Source: Octopus vulgaris
Lineage: Eukaryota
Direction of reading: 5' to 3'
DNA: 64,000 nt
NCBI GenBank assembly: GCA_951406725.2
Contig: OX597819.1
Span: 99,944,001 to 100,008,000 of the forward strand
Position 1 is the first letter of the stretch. Every line of letters starts with the position of its first letter. A program made the translations under genes and the position numbers. The notes under the pieces are model-generated. The model was not told the origin of the DNA and searched no databases. It was given only the letters and a program-made list of their open reading frames with translations. Shown in pieces: positions 1 to 13,122 of the stretch.

Positions 1-950
1 CTTTTCACTCTTGACCGACGAACAAATGCGTATACGAAGACTGGTGTGAAGGAATGTGTCTTGAAAATCTTATTGTTCTCCTGATGTCGCTGAGGTAGTG
101 ACCTGAGGCCACGAACATTTATACCTTATACTTTGGGTACGGCCATGTATACTGGAAAAAAAGATAAGTAATCTATTTTTTGCAGTCGGCATAATTGGAA
201 AATTTTTCCTGAAATATTTTGTCTGCTATTACATTTCAGAATCTTAGGTCTTTTGAGAACTTGCTCTTCAGTGGTATGTAAACGATATAGGCATTCTCAA
301 TGGATGGCGGTTTGAAATTGATTTCCTTTAAGTATTTCCTGTTATTCTGTGCTATACAAGCCTACATCCCCTTATTACTCTTTTGATTTTGATGTTCAAC
401 TCGTCACTCAGAACGGGTGACATCAGCCTCTACATATCTATCTATATATCTATCTTTGGTGACACGTGTCAACTTCATCTTTGTCAGCCGCCGATGCAAA
501 TAAGATGGAACAAGAATAAAATCCACAAAATGATGTGGAGTCTATTGTTGCTCTCAGATAAGATTGGACCAAACATCTCAAAACATCCTTTACGTGTGAC
601 GAAGGTTTTCTGCCCCTATGCATACTACAAATACCTCTCAACTTATATATATTTTTATCTTTCAAATCCTACTTTTCAGACCCATGCTTTCGTATGTGAA
701 ATTGCATGTTGCGACGGTTTTGACCGTATCAAGGGGCGCGACTAGAGACATTTCTGTCTTGTTCGGCTTCCTTTTCTAGTTCATGGTATCAACGGTTCTG
801 GTCACTTTGCTGAAATTTGCTTCCTCATGAACGCAATGGATATGTTGCTGTTCGTTGTCGTAGCGGAAATAGTGGTGGTGGTGGTGGTGACAGTACTGCT
901 ACTTCTCTTCCTTCTTAATTGACTTTGTAGCGGCAATGGTTGTCTCTAAT
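1..950 (-). mobile_element. Decayed L1/Tx1-like LINE fragment (putative ORF1 end and start of ORF2 APE endonuclease)
   Basis: The minus strand from ATG at 146 reads MAVPKV*GINVRGLRS, matching the N-terminal NVRGL motif of APE endonucleases, with an in-frame stop. The upstream extent is a guess. Confidence 0.45.
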
Positions 951-1319
951 TAAAAGTATCAACGGATTCTTAGGTTGTCAGATAAATTCATTCATTTTTT
1001 ATTTATTTTAAATTTTTCTACTTCGCACTCGATCGTCATATGTCTGAGAAAAAGTAGAATTTATTCAAATTTGAAAAGTGAATAACCTAATTTGAAAAAG
1101 AAACATAAATCACTATGTTAAAAGTATATTTCGTATTAATTCAAATAACATTGAAAAGGATTAAACCATGAACAAAAGAGGAAATTTATTTGAGAAACCA
1201 ATAAATGACAAGGAATAACTCACCAGCACATCCAAATATTCCTCGAACTACATACATGTATGTATGTATGTATGTATGTATGTATGTATGTATGTATGTA
1301 TGTATGTATGTGTGTGTGT

Positions 1320-1517
1320 GTATGAATTTGTGTCTATGTTTGTGCCCGCATCATCAGCCGACAACCGAACTTGGTGTCTTCACGTAATCTAACGGTTCGG
1401 CAGAAAAGAATAATAGAATAAGTACTAGGCTTACAAAGAATAAGTCCTGGGGGTCGATAGATTTAAGGCGGTGCTCCAGCATGGCTGCAGTCAAATTGAC
1501 TGAGCAAGTAGAAGAAT
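1320..1517 (+). mobile_element. SINE family A, 3' half only
   Basis: Contains ggttcggc...gaataagtactaggcttacaaagaataagtcc...ggcggtgctccagcatggctgcagtcaa, shared with the full copies. Confidence 0.8.
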
Positions 1518-1605
1518 GTATTGTGTGCATTTCTGATTGCGTAACATGATCAAGGAAAGTGATTACATTATATTTGCATTGAGAGTTAGCAACTTATCAA
1601 ATATA

Positions 1606-2012
1606 GGCGCAAGAGTGGCTCTGTGGTAAGTAGCTTACTTACCAAACCACATGGTTCCGGGTTCAGTCCCACTGCGTGGCATCTTGGGCAAGTGTCTTCT
1701 GCTATAACCCCGGGCCGACCAATGCCTTGTGAGTGGATTTGGTAGACGGAAACTGAAAGAAGCCTGTCGTATATATGTATATACATATATGTATGTGTGT
1801 GTATATGTTTGTGTGTCTGTGTTTGTCCCCCTAGCATTGCTTGACAACCGATGCTGGCGTGTTTACGTCCCCGTAAATAAGCGGTTCGGCAAAAGAGATC
1901 CGATAGAATAAGTACTGGGCTTACAAAAAATAAGTCCCGGGGTCGATTTGCTCGACTAAAAGGCGGTGCTCCAGCATGGCCGCAGTCAGATGACTGAAAC
2001 AAGTAAAAGAAA
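1606..2012 (+). mobile_element. SINE family A (tRNA-derived head, central TA/TG microsatellite, A-rich tail), full length
   Basis: Head has A-box-like (gtggctctgtggtaag) and B-box-like (gggttcagtccc) motifs. More than 15 related copies occur in the window. Confidence 0.9.
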
Positions 2013-2373
2013 ATAAAAAAAAGAATACCTTTACAAATCGAAAAGTATGTAAATGTAAATTAAATAGCATGAATTTAAAGCTGGCGTAAAGTCTACTTTG
2101 CAGGGGAGGTAATTTTTATTAAATATATAGAGAGTTATTTCCCTTGAAACTTATTGAAAGCAGCGGATGTTTGCTAGTTTATACGCTAAAATGGCGTGTA
2201 AGCATATAATTTTATTTATTTATTTATTCATTTATTTATTTGTTTATTCATTTATTTATTTGTTTATTCATTTATTTATTTATTTATTTGCGTATTTATT
2301 TATTTATTTATGTATTTATGTATATATGCATATACGCATGTATTTATGTATGTATGTATATGTGTGTATATAT

Positions 2374-2774
2374 TACTCTTTTACTCTTTTACTTGTTTTA
2401 GTCATTTGACTGCGGCCATGCTGGAGCACCGCCTTTAGTCGAGAAAATCGACCCCAGGACTTATTCTTTGTAAGTCTGGTACTTATTCTATCGGTCTCTT
2501 TTGCCGAACTGCTAAGTTACAGGGACATAAACACACCAGCATCGGTTGTCAAGCGATGTTGGAGACACAGACACACAAACACACACATACATATATATAC
2601 ATATACATATATACGACGGGCTTCTTTCAGGTTCCGTCTACCAAATCCTCTCACAAGGCTTTGGTCGGCCTGAGGCTATAGTAGAAGACACTTGCCCAAG
2701 GTGCCAGGCAGTGGGAGTGAACCCGGAACCATGTGGTTGGTAAGCAAGCTACTTATCACACAGCCACTCCTGCG

Positions 2775-2776
<2 letters not shown>
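2374..2776 (-). mobile_element. SINE family A, full length
   Basis: Reverse complement of the 1606-2012 type; ends cagccactcctgcgcc. Confidence 0.9.
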
Positions 2777-2844
<68 letters not shown>

Positions 2845-2845
<1 letters not shown>

Positions 2846-3240
2846 CTTTTATTATTTTACTTGTTTGAGTCATTTGACTGCAGTCATGTTGGACCGCCGC
2901 CATGAAGGGTTTTAGTCAAAAAACCAACACCGTGATTAATGTTTTTTTTTGGGTTTTTTTGTTAGAGTCGAGTAGGTATTCAATCGTCCCTTTTGCCGAA
3001 CTGCAAAGTTACGGGGACATAAACATACCAATTGTCAACCGGTGAACAAATAAACACACTACACACCTATATATATACGACAAGATTCTTTCAGTTTCCG
3101 TCTACTAAATCCACTTACAAGGCTTTGGTGGGTCCGAAGCTACAGTAGAAGACACTTGACCAAGGTGCTACGAAGTGGGACTGTACCTTGAACCATGAAG
3201 GTACGAAACAAAGTTCTTACCACAAGCCACGCCTGGGCCT
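2845..3240 (-). mobile_element. SINE family A, diverged
   Basis: Same motifs with more substitutions; lies in tandem with the preceding copy. Confidence 0.8.
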
Positions 3241-3899
3241 TAGAAAGAGTAAAAAAAGAAAGCAATAACTGAAACACGTAAAGGAATAAAAGAATATATA
3301 TATATATATATATATGTTTGTGCATGCGTGTGTGAGTGTGTGCATGTGCGTGTGCGTGTGTGTATGTGTGTGTGTGTGTGTTTTATGGTGTTAGGAAGGA
3401 ATAATAACATTTCAAGACGTTTCCCGCAGGAGGCGTTAAAGAGCAGTAGTACTTTTGTAACAGTGGAACCAATTAAACTTATTTCTATGGTACTTTTGTT
3501 AAATCAGCAAACCTATCTATGCTAAAAGGCATTCCGTCTATGGCCATCCATCTTAATGTCAGACGTAGACGTAATATGTGTCTTTATTTTATAGCTATGG
3601 CTTATTGCAATTTAATACAGATTAACTACTATTTCTAACAAGTTGAGCAACTACATAGCAACTCTGATGTTGTTGTTGTTGTTCAGGTCCGCCTTATCCT
3701 AAAAGTGACCATCACAACTTATCCTTATTTACAAAGGACACAGTACGACAATAACCAATGTATCTATTTCTAAGATGCTAGGTGTGACTTTTGAAGGATT
3801 TGGCTATCATATCTAACAGGTCGCGTTAGTCTCGTTGACACCCTTGTAGGATCACGTTGTTCTGTTGCTGTTCCTCTAACTGATGATGGTGTTGATAGT

Positions 3900-4283
3900 G
3901 GAGGCGCAATGGCCCAGTGGTTAGGGCAGCGGACACGCGGTCATAGGATCGCGGTTTTGATACCCAGACCGGGCATTGTGAGTGTTTATTGAGCGAAAAC
4001 ACCTAAAAGCTCCACGAGGCTCCGGTAGGGGATGGTGGTGATCCCTGCTGTACTCTTTCACCACAACTTTCTCCCACTCTTACTTCCTGTTTCTGTTGTA
4101 CCTGTATTTCAAGGGGCCGGCCTTGTCACTCTCTGTGTCACGCTAAATATCCCCGAGAACTACGTTAAGGGTGCACGTGTCTGTGGAGTGCTCAGCCACT
4201 TACACGTTAATTTCACGAGCAGGCTGTTCCGTTGATTCGGATCAACCGGAACCCTCATCGTCGTTACCGACGGAGTGCTTCCA
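3900..4283 (+). mobile_element. SINE family B (tRNA-derived), full length with 13-bp TSD
   Basis: Head ggaggcgcaatggcccagtggttagggcagcgg...gcggttttgataccc. TSD gatggtgttgata at 3885-3897 and 4288-4300. Confidence 0.9.
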
Positions 4284-4886
4284 TATAGATGGTGTTGATA
4301 TTGTTGTTATTAGATGTTGGTTGTAGTGTTAGTCGTTCTGTTAGTTCTATATTTAGTTTTCGTTATTGTTGAGATTATCGTCGACGCAGTCGTCGTCGTC
4401 GTCGTCGTCATAGCCGTTGTTATTCTTGGATCATTGTTAAACTGCCTTGATAAAGCAGCTGAAGCGTAAACCGTCTATTGTCTTATTCAGGTACACTGGG
4501 TATCTCAATTGATTAAATCTTGCAGTTGTTGTTGTTGTTGTTGTTATTGCTATTTTGTTATTGTTATTGCTCTTGCTGTAGTTGCTACTGCTGTAATTGT
4601 TGTTGTGACACGGATATAGAAGGCAGAAGACGTTATCTGAAGATGTTATCTGAAGATCGTGTGGGCATGTTGAAGCTCCTTCGATCAGTAGACAATTGGT
4701 GTGGTAACCATACCCCCAAACTTACGCGGTCGTGCATATGTATTCATGATTAGATTCATACATTCATACATACATGCATGCATACATACATACATACATA
4801 CATACATACATACATGCATGCATACATACATACATACATACATACATACATACATACATACATACATACATACATACATTTGGGAT

Positions 4887-5234
4887 TGGAAGCACTCCGT
4901 CGGTTACGACGATGAGGGTTCCGGTTGATCCGAATCAACGGAACAGCCACAGACACGTGTACCCTTAACGTAGTTCTCGGGGATATTCAGCGTGACACAG
5001 AGAGTGACAAGGCCGGCCCATTGAAATACAGGTACAACAGAAACAGGAAGTAAGAGTGAGAGAAAGTTGTGGTGAAAGAGTACAGCAGGGATCACCACCA
5101 TCCCCTGCCGGAGCCTCGTGGAGCTTTTAGGTGTTTTCGCTCAATAAGCACTCACAACGCACGGTCTGGGTATCGAAACCGCGATCCTATGACCGCGTGT
5201 CCGCTGCCCTAACCACTGGGCCATTGCGCCTCCA
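4887..5234 (-). mobile_element. SINE family B, inserted in a (CATA)n tract
   Basis: Near-identical reverse complement of 3900-4283 with one internal deletion. Confidence 0.9.
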
Positions 5235-5235
5235 G

Positions 5236-5271
<36 letters not shown>

Positions 5272-5377
5272 ATAAATATATACATATATTTATACATACA
5301 TTTATAGATACATACGTAATACATATATACATACAACCACAAGGTTGTATGTATACATTTATAAATACCACCCACAA

Positions 5378-5547
5378 GGCGTAGAAGTGGCTGTGTGGTA
5401 AGTAGCTTGCTTACGAACGACATAGTTCCGGGTTTAATCCCACTGCGTGGAATCTTGGGCAAGTGTTTTCTACTATGGCCTCGGCCCGACCAAAGCCTTC
5501 TCAGTGGATTTAGTAAACGGAAGCTGAAAGAAGCCCGTCATATATAT

Positions 5548-5609
<62 letters not shown>

Positions 5610-5838
5610 GTGTGTGTGTGTTTGAGTGTTTGTGTGTCTGTGTTTGGCCCCCCCAACATCGCCTGACAACCGATGCTGGTGCGTTTACGTCCCCGTAACT
5701 TAGCAGTTCGGCAAAAGAAACCGATAGAATAAGTACTAGGTTTACAAAGAATAAGTCTTGGGATTGCATTGGTCGACTAAAGGCGGTGCTCCAGCATGGT
5801 CACATTCAAATGACTGAAACAAGTAAAAGAAAAAAGAG
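5378..5838 (+). mobile_element. SINE family A, full length
   Basis: Head, central (TG)/(TCTG) repeat and tail all present. Confidence 0.9.
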
Positions 5839-6231
5839 TATACATACATACATTTATACATGCATGAATACATACATTTATACATACATAGATACATAGA
5901 TTTATACATACATAAATACATACATTTATACATACATACATATATTCATACATACATACGTTTATACATGCATACATACATTTATACATATATACATGCA
6001 TAAGACAGAATACTAACATACATGCATACATACATACATGCATACATACACACATACATACATACATACATACATACATACATACATACATACATACATA
6101 CATACATACATACATACATACATACATACATACATACATACATACATACATACATACATACATACATACATACATACATACATACATACTAATAGAATGT
6201 ACAGTGAAAACATTAATAAAATGTTAACACA

Positions 6232-6483
6232 ATAGACCTGGCATAATGATTTGAGACACACAGGGGAAACTGCGCGGCAGCGGAAATTAGATGTCCAGCG
6301 GACATTAACATAAGTCTATAGATCTGCAGAAAAGAAAATACAAGTTCAGGTTTGTACCTGTAACTATTGGAGCTCTGGGATATGTAACACACTGCCTTAC
6401 AATCTATTTTGAGAATTTAGAATTCTCAAAACCAGAACGCTGGTTCGAAGATTACAAATCCAAGCCATAACTGAAACACCAAA

Positions 6484-6485
<2 letters not shown>
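6232..6485 (+). mobile_element. RLE-domain fragment of an early-branching non-LTR retrotransposon, between (CATA)n tracts
   Basis: Frameshifted translation RPGIMI*D...EIRCPADINI...KYKFRFVPVTIGALGYVT...RRLQIQAI, a PD-(D/E)xK-type RLE C-terminus. Homologous to 20700-20815 and 21400-21760. Confidence 0.7.
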
Positions 6486-6529
<44 letters not shown>

Positions 6530-6594
6530 TATATATACATACATTCATTCATACATACATACATACATACATACATACATACATACATACATAC

Positions 6595-6625
<31 letters not shown>

Positions 6626-6725
6626 CATACATACATACATACATACATAAGTGTAGAACATTTTAAAAGATTTTTATACCGGTGACCAGCATGCGTAATA
6701 AATTCAATAGGCAACATATTTTCAT

Positions 6726-7033
6726 ATATAATAGTGTACAAACAATTTACGTATGTTTACACGAAAGAGGTGACCTTTTTCAGGACACCTTATATGCTAG
6801 AAAGGGCAGTTAAATCCCAAACCGCGAATAAGAATAATTTCAAAGGGAATGAAACAAAAATATTTTATAGTTCCTACAAAAATTTTTGATGTAACTACAA
6901 AATGTTTTTCTTTCAAGTTTTTCTTTGAAGTTGCTCTTATTTGTGGTTTAGGATTTAACTGCCCTTTCTAGCATGTATGGCGTCCTGTTAAAGGTCACCT
7001 CTTTCTCTATACATACGTAAATTGTTTGTACAC

Positions 7034-7042
<9 letters not shown>
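6726..7042. repeat. Fold-back element with ~110-bp imperfect inverted arms, abutting (TA)n
   Basis: 6726-6835 (aatagtgtacaaacaatttacgtatg...gggcagttaaatccc) is the reverse complement of 6935-7042. Confidence 0.85.
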
Positions 7043-7104
<62 letters not shown>

Positions 7105-7108
<4 letters not shown>

Positions 7109-7247
7109 TGCTGGAGTGGTAAGTAGCTAACTTACCAACCACTTGGTTCCAGGTTCAGTCCCCTTAGGTAAATATCTTCTACTATAGCCTCGTGCTCACC
7201 AAAGTCTTGTGACTGGATTTGGTAGACGGAAACTGAATGAAGTCCGT

Positions 7248-7250
<3 letters not shown>
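7105..7250 (+). mobile_element. SINE family A, 5' half
   Basis: gtggtaagtagc...ggttcagtcc...ggatttggtagacggaaactga. Confidence 0.75.
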
Positions 7251-7307
<57 letters not shown>

Positions 7308-8719
7308 TGTCTAGACATGCAACTATAAAACAACAAATATACATGCAAAAATACTGCTGATGCTGAAATTCCAATAAAGTAACCTTGGATCTAGGTTAGA
7401 AACCGGCTTCTTCTCTATTGGCAAGTAATCTTGTAACTGCATGGAAGCTCTTCGTTTTGAGAAAGCAAAAAAAAAAAAATTCTTACTTTGGAATCAGCCT
7501 TGTGTGACATGATTAAATTCATGGGCTTTATTCCACTTCATTGAATAAGCCACACACATACACGACCACACTTTCACATGCACGTGCGCGTACAATCATG
7601 CACGCACGCACATGCACACACACATGCAACACTAAAAATCACAGAGTAACAGATACATTAAGGTTGCAAAACCTAGCAACAATATACTGAAAGCAAAGTA
7701 GTATTATATAATTACCGTAGTCCTAGCTTCCTGGATAACTTTTTTGCTTTATTGTATTATAAAACAGAGTTATGATATCCATACATATAAGCATAAAACC
7801 ACTATAAGGTTTAAATTTTAATATTTATCGTTAAAATAGCAAATATTTCTTATAGTAGCGTACTGAACTGACGGAGTTGCTTCCCTTGAGAATCCAGGGG
7901 AGGCAACTCAGTATTCAAATTCATTTTACTATTAGCAAAAGTTATTTTGCACCATTACAACTGTTATCACCATCAGCGCATGAGCCATCACTCGCATTAT
8001 CATGACATCACATTCCGCACCAATACCGTCGCCGCTGTCGCCACCACAGCCTAAACAATGGCGCTGCTACGTAGTCGCTCGAGCTGTTGAAATAGCAAAT
8101 GAATATTACTGACTATTACTAAAGTAAAAAGACATATTTGATAATGTGGTGTAGTTCAAGATACATGGTAAATTAAAAAACAAAAGCGTGATTGCCATGG
8201 TTAGAATGTCTTTTGATCATATCTGCCTTATCGGCGGTATTGTCAGCATACAAAAGTCGTACAAATGCAACATTATATAAATATCCAACTGACTGATAAT
8301 GCATGCAGAGAGAGGGGGGAGAGAGAGGGGAGAAAGAGAGACAGAGAGAGAGAGAGAGAAAGACAGACAGACAGACAGAGACAAAGACAGACAGACAGAG
8401 ACAGACAGACAGATACAGAGACAGAGAGAGAGAGGCACAACACGCGTACATACGGGAATAGATATACATATATCGTTCGGTATTCGTTCAACACAACATT
8501 AATTGTGAGCCAACACGGTAAGGAAGCATTTACGCTGTCACTGGATATGCTTTAAAAAGGTAACGAAATCAACCTCAAAGAACATCTCAATCTCTTAAAA
8601 ACGCCTGGTTATATTGAATATACCAAAGGATATGATGTCTAGGTCTGGAATAGCTTTTGAACGCCTTCTGCTTGATCAGAGACGATTGGCATTAAGTAAC
8701 AATAACAATATATGTGCGT

Positions 8720-8780
<61 letters not shown>

Positions 8781-8782
8781 TA

Positions 8783-8841
<59 letters not shown>

Positions 8842-8927
8842 CATTCAAACTGACAGGAAGATAATAACCATTCAATACAGGAAGATAATAATAATATTGA
8901 AAAACTAAACAAAGAACATGCCTCCTC

Positions 8928-8961
<34 letters not shown>

Positions 8962-9290
8962 CAACAACAAAACAATACAACGACGACGACGACGATGATG
9001 ATGAACTGCTCATATCCTACGCAAAATACTCTCTATGTAATCTCAAGGTTTAAAACAAACATAATTTTCGGTTTAAAAGAAAAAAAAAAAAAAAAAACCT
9101 TTTTTTTTTTTTCTTTTTAGACATTCATTAGCAACATCCCCACCCCCAAATATATGGCACACTAGAAACAACAACATGAACTTCCAACCTGTTGTCTCTT
9201 GAGAAACTTGAGCCAACTTGTACAAATATAAAGCAGGTAATAATAATAATAATAACAACAACAACAACGACGACGACGACGATGATGATG

Positions 9291-10766
9291 AAGGCTCTGG
9301 TATCCAGCATGCAAGCATGAAAGAAGGTTAGGAAAGAATTATAGAAGAGTTCGAGCAGTCCTGAAGTCTGAGCTGAATGCATATAATAAGGTTTTATCCA
9401 TAAATTCCTTAGCAGTACCAATTGTTCTTTATAGCTTCAATGTGGTTAACTGAAATACCAGTGAAATAATGAAAATTGACAGAAAAATCCGCAAGCTACT
9501 GACTTGTAATGAGATACACCATCCAAAGGCAGACGTGGATCGCCTTTACCTTCCCAGGGCTCAGAGAGGTCGAGGTTTGATCCAGCTTGAACTTACATAC
9601 AAAACCACCACAATCGGACTGGCCAAATACCTTGGAGCAACCTACGATTGGATACTAAAACTTGTTGAAAAACATGAAAGACCTAAAAAACTTCACTCTA
9701 TTTTCAAAGAGAGCAAAAAAATCGCCGCTGATCTCTTAGATACCCCACCAGATTGAGCAGGCTTAAGGAAATGCTGCAAAGAAAATAAAATTAATTGCAA
9801 AGACGAAAGCACATGAAAATTTAGTTAGCAGATGGGAACAGAAACCTCTCCATGGCAAGTATGTGGCCCATAGCAAACAAGCTGATGTCGACCAGAAACA
9901 CACGCACCAATGGTTACAAAGCTCAAGGCTAAAAGCAGAGAGTGAAGGTTTCATATTAGCTGCTTAAGACCAAAGCTTATTAACCCGGAACTACCAAGCC
10001 AATGTGATGAAAAATGGAGCTGACCCAAAATGCCGATTATGTAACGATGAGATTGAAACAATAGATCACCTAATCTCTGTGTGTAGAGTCTTAGCACCAG
10101 CAGAATATAAAGCAAGACATGACAGAGACGACCAGTATTTACATTGGACAATATGTCGGCATTATAAAATCAAAACCGCTGACAAATGGTATAAACATCA
10201 TCATGAAACTGTGACTGAGGGAGAAAATGTGTCGATTCTATGGGACTTCCCCGTGCAGACCGACAAGACTATAAAGGCTAATAAACCGGATATTATTATA
10301 AAAGATCAGACAAAAAGGATGTGTTTAGTAATTGACATGAGTATTCCTTGTGATCACAATATAGCGGCGAAAGAATTTGACAAGATTAGTAAATATAAAG
10401 ATCTGCTAATAGAAATTGAAACAATGTGGCATCTCAAGGCGACTACAGTACCAGTGATTGTAGGATCTCTAGGAATGATAAAAAAAGGTACTGAAACCTA
10501 TTTGAAAATGATTCCAGGCTTACCATCTCTACAAGAAGTGCAAAAAATCGTATTAACTGGAACGGCTCATGTACTTAGAAGAGCACTATCGCTGTGAAAA
10601 TAACATCCATCCATGAATTTATTTATTTATTAATTTTTAAATGCATATTTTATCTATGAATTTGCGCATGTAATCTGGGAATGCATACAATGCCCTTCTC
10701 TACCTTAAGTGTATGGAAAACACTCGGCGAGAAACGGAAGGAAATTTGTAGAAAGAAGGAAAAAAC

Positions 10767-10836
<70 letters not shown>
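9291..10836 (+). mobile_element. 5'-truncated R4/Dong-like RLE non-LTR retrotransposon with (TAA)n tail
   Basis: Post-RT region (VDRLYLPRAQRGRGL), CCHC knuckle CRLC...HLISVC, RHD motif and RLE motif KPDIII.D...IDMSIP...KYKDL. 3' UTR then (TAA)n at 10768-10836. The 5' junction is in a (TAA)/(CAA)/(TGA) tract. Several stops and frameshifts. Confidence 0.88.
10004..10597 (+). pseudogene. Residual open frame of the Dong/R4-like ORF: zinc knuckle plus restriction-like endonuclease
   Basis: 197-aa ORF with CCHC and PD...D...K motifs. The upstream frame is broken, so it is not an independent gene. Confidence 0.85.
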
Positions 10837-10837
<1 letters not shown>

Positions 10838-11279
10838 CTTCAATACCTTGATGCAGCTCCGGGCAGTGGCTCTCAAGGCTTCTGATCTTAGCTGATTGGA
10901 AGTGTTATCATGTACATTGTTTTGTCTTGGTATAAAAGATGGGCTACAGCAAATATTCTGTTCAATACCACAGATTTCCTTGTCAGTTGTTTGACCATAA
11001 CCAGTTGAACATGTCCCTTAGTCGCTGATGTTATGTGCATCTCTGATCACGAGCAGAAGCAGTTGGGGAGCATCATAGCCATGTGTTGAGAGGGATTCTT
11101 TGAAGTTTGAATAATTCACCTCTGGAAACATGGGTGTTTCGTTCAACATCCTTAAATAACCCTTATTCAAGGACCTTTTGAGCGGGATGGGTTACTCGTC
11201 CAGAAGTAAATTCTAACATGACCTGCAAGGTCATACAAACATACATATATATATACATATGACCTGCAAGGTCATACAA

Positions 11280-11328
<49 letters not shown>

Positions 11329-11334
11329 TACGAC

Positions 11335-11540
11335 GGGCATACATACATATATACGACATATATACATACATATATACGACGGGCTGCTTTCAGTTTCTGT
11401 CTACCAAATCCACTCACAAGGCTTTGGGTAGCCCGAGGCTGTAGTAGAAAACAATTGCCCAAGATGCCACGCAGTGGGACTGAACCCCGAACCATGTGGT
11501 TCGTAAGCAAGCTACTTACCACACAGCCACTCCTACGCCT
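11335..11540 (-). mobile_element. SINE family A, 5' half
   Basis: tttcagtttctgtctaccaaatccactcacaagg...cacagccactcctacgcc. Confidence 0.85.
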
Positions 11541-11714
11541 GTGAGGTTTCTTACTCATAAGTATGTAGGTTACCCTAATTGTGTTCCCTGCTTTAATATT
11601 ATATCTTGCTCATCGGGTGGAAAACTGGCAGAGTCTTTACAACACCGGTAAAGTACGACTGTACATAAGCAAGCAGGCAGAATCGTTAGCAAGCCTGGCA
11701 AAATACTGAGCGGC

Positions 11715-11756
<42 letters not shown>

Positions 11757-11764
11757 TATACTCA

Positions 11765-11922
11765 CGGGATGGTTGGCGTTAGGAAGGGCATCCAGCTGTT
11801 GAAACATTGCCAGATAAGACCGGAGCCTGGTGCAGCCTTCTGGCTTCCCAGATCCCCGGTCGAACCGTCCAACCCATGCTAGCATGGAGAACGGACGTTA
11901 AACGATGATGATGATGATGATG
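11765..11922 (+). mobile_element. Orphan 3' tail of a SINE/LINE ending in (GAT)n
   Basis: ggcgttaggaagggcatccagctg...ccaacccatgctagcatgg...ggacgttaaac(gat)n. Short-tandem tail and a terminal palindrome (ccatgctagcatgg). Confidence 0.65.
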
Positions 11923-11925
11923 ATA

Positions 11926-12086
11926 TATACGACGGGCTTCTTTCAGTTTCCGTCTACCAGATCCACTCACAAGGCATTGATCGGCCCGAGGCTATAGTAG
12001 AAGACACTTGCCCAAGGTACCACGCAGTGGGACTGAACCTGAAACCATGCGGTTGGTAAGCAAGCTTCTTTCCACACAGCCACTCC
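11926..12086 (-). mobile_element. SINE family A, 5' half
   Basis: Matches the family A head. Confidence 0.85.
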
Positions 12087-12302
12087 TAAATGAAAACGTT
12101 TGACAGCAGCGAGCTGGCAGAATCGTCAGCACGTCTTCTTATCTTTCGGGGGTCAATAAAATAAACAACAATTGAATAAGTGAGCCGAATTAATCGACAG
12201 GAGCCTCTCCCTAAAATTATTGTCCACGTACCAAAATCTGCAAAAAACCCAAAAAAACAAACAAAAATCAATTATTAATGCTAATATGGCTGCTCTCTGC
12301 TA

Positions 12303-12713
12303 CTCTTTACTCTTTACTCTTTTACTTGTTTCAGTCATTTGACTGCGGCCATGCTGAAGCACCGCCTTTAGTCGAGCATATCGACCCCGTGACTTATTCT
12401 TTTGTAAGCCCAGTACTTATTCTATCAGTCTCTTTTGCCGAACCGCTAAGTGACGGGGACGTAAACACACCAGCATCGGTTGTCAAGCAAGGCTAGGGGG
12501 ACAAACACAGACACACAAACACACACACATACATATATATATATACATATATACGACAGGCTTCTTTCAGTTTCCGTCAACCAAATCCACTCACAAGGCA
12601 TTAGTCGGCCCGGGGCTATAGTAGAAGACACTTGCCCAAGATGCCACGCAGTGGGACTGAACCCGGAACCATGTGGTTGTTTAGCAAGCTACTTACCACA
12701 CAGCCACTCCTGC
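12303..12713 (-). mobile_element. SINE family A, full length
   Basis: Complete head, microsatellite and tail. Confidence 0.9.
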
Positions 12714-13063
12714 CGCAATTACTGTAACTTGTAAGGAGCTTGGAGTGCAATAGATAGTCACACATTGCCAAGAAACGGTGCAAATAATTTGTAGTATGTT
12801 ATTTCTTTCTCTGATCATATTCCATTGTGTACGACTTTAACTTTACCTTCCATTCCACAGAATACCAGTAATATATTGGAGGAAACTGATTATAAGCCTT
12901 CTCTATAAAATGGTTGTAGTTTAAGAAGACAGAACAGCTGTGATAAAAGGTAATTCCAATATACAAAGAAATCGATCAACCAATATTCACCGTTATCAGC
13001 AGATGTGAGTATGTAGAAGTGAATAAAGAGGGGTCAGTGATCTTTCGAGAGCTGTGGTGTGGT

Positions 13064-13122
<59 letters not shown>

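Noticed and set aside
1586-2002. Recurring peptides such as FQSFDCGHAGAPP and EDTCPRCHAVGLNPEPCG that look like a gene family
   Set aside because: They are translations of SINE family A. Frames and stops vary between copies.
3900-3975. tRNA-like sequences (also at 1606, 25871 and 39600-39664)
   Set aside because: These are SINE heads followed by SINE bodies, some with TSDs. I see no complete cloverleaf tRNA gene.
10860-11217. Complex non-microsatellite block after the Dong tail that could be an exon
   Set aside because: It has no long ORF or clear splice sites. It is probably an interspersed repeat, but with one copy in the window I cannot classify it.
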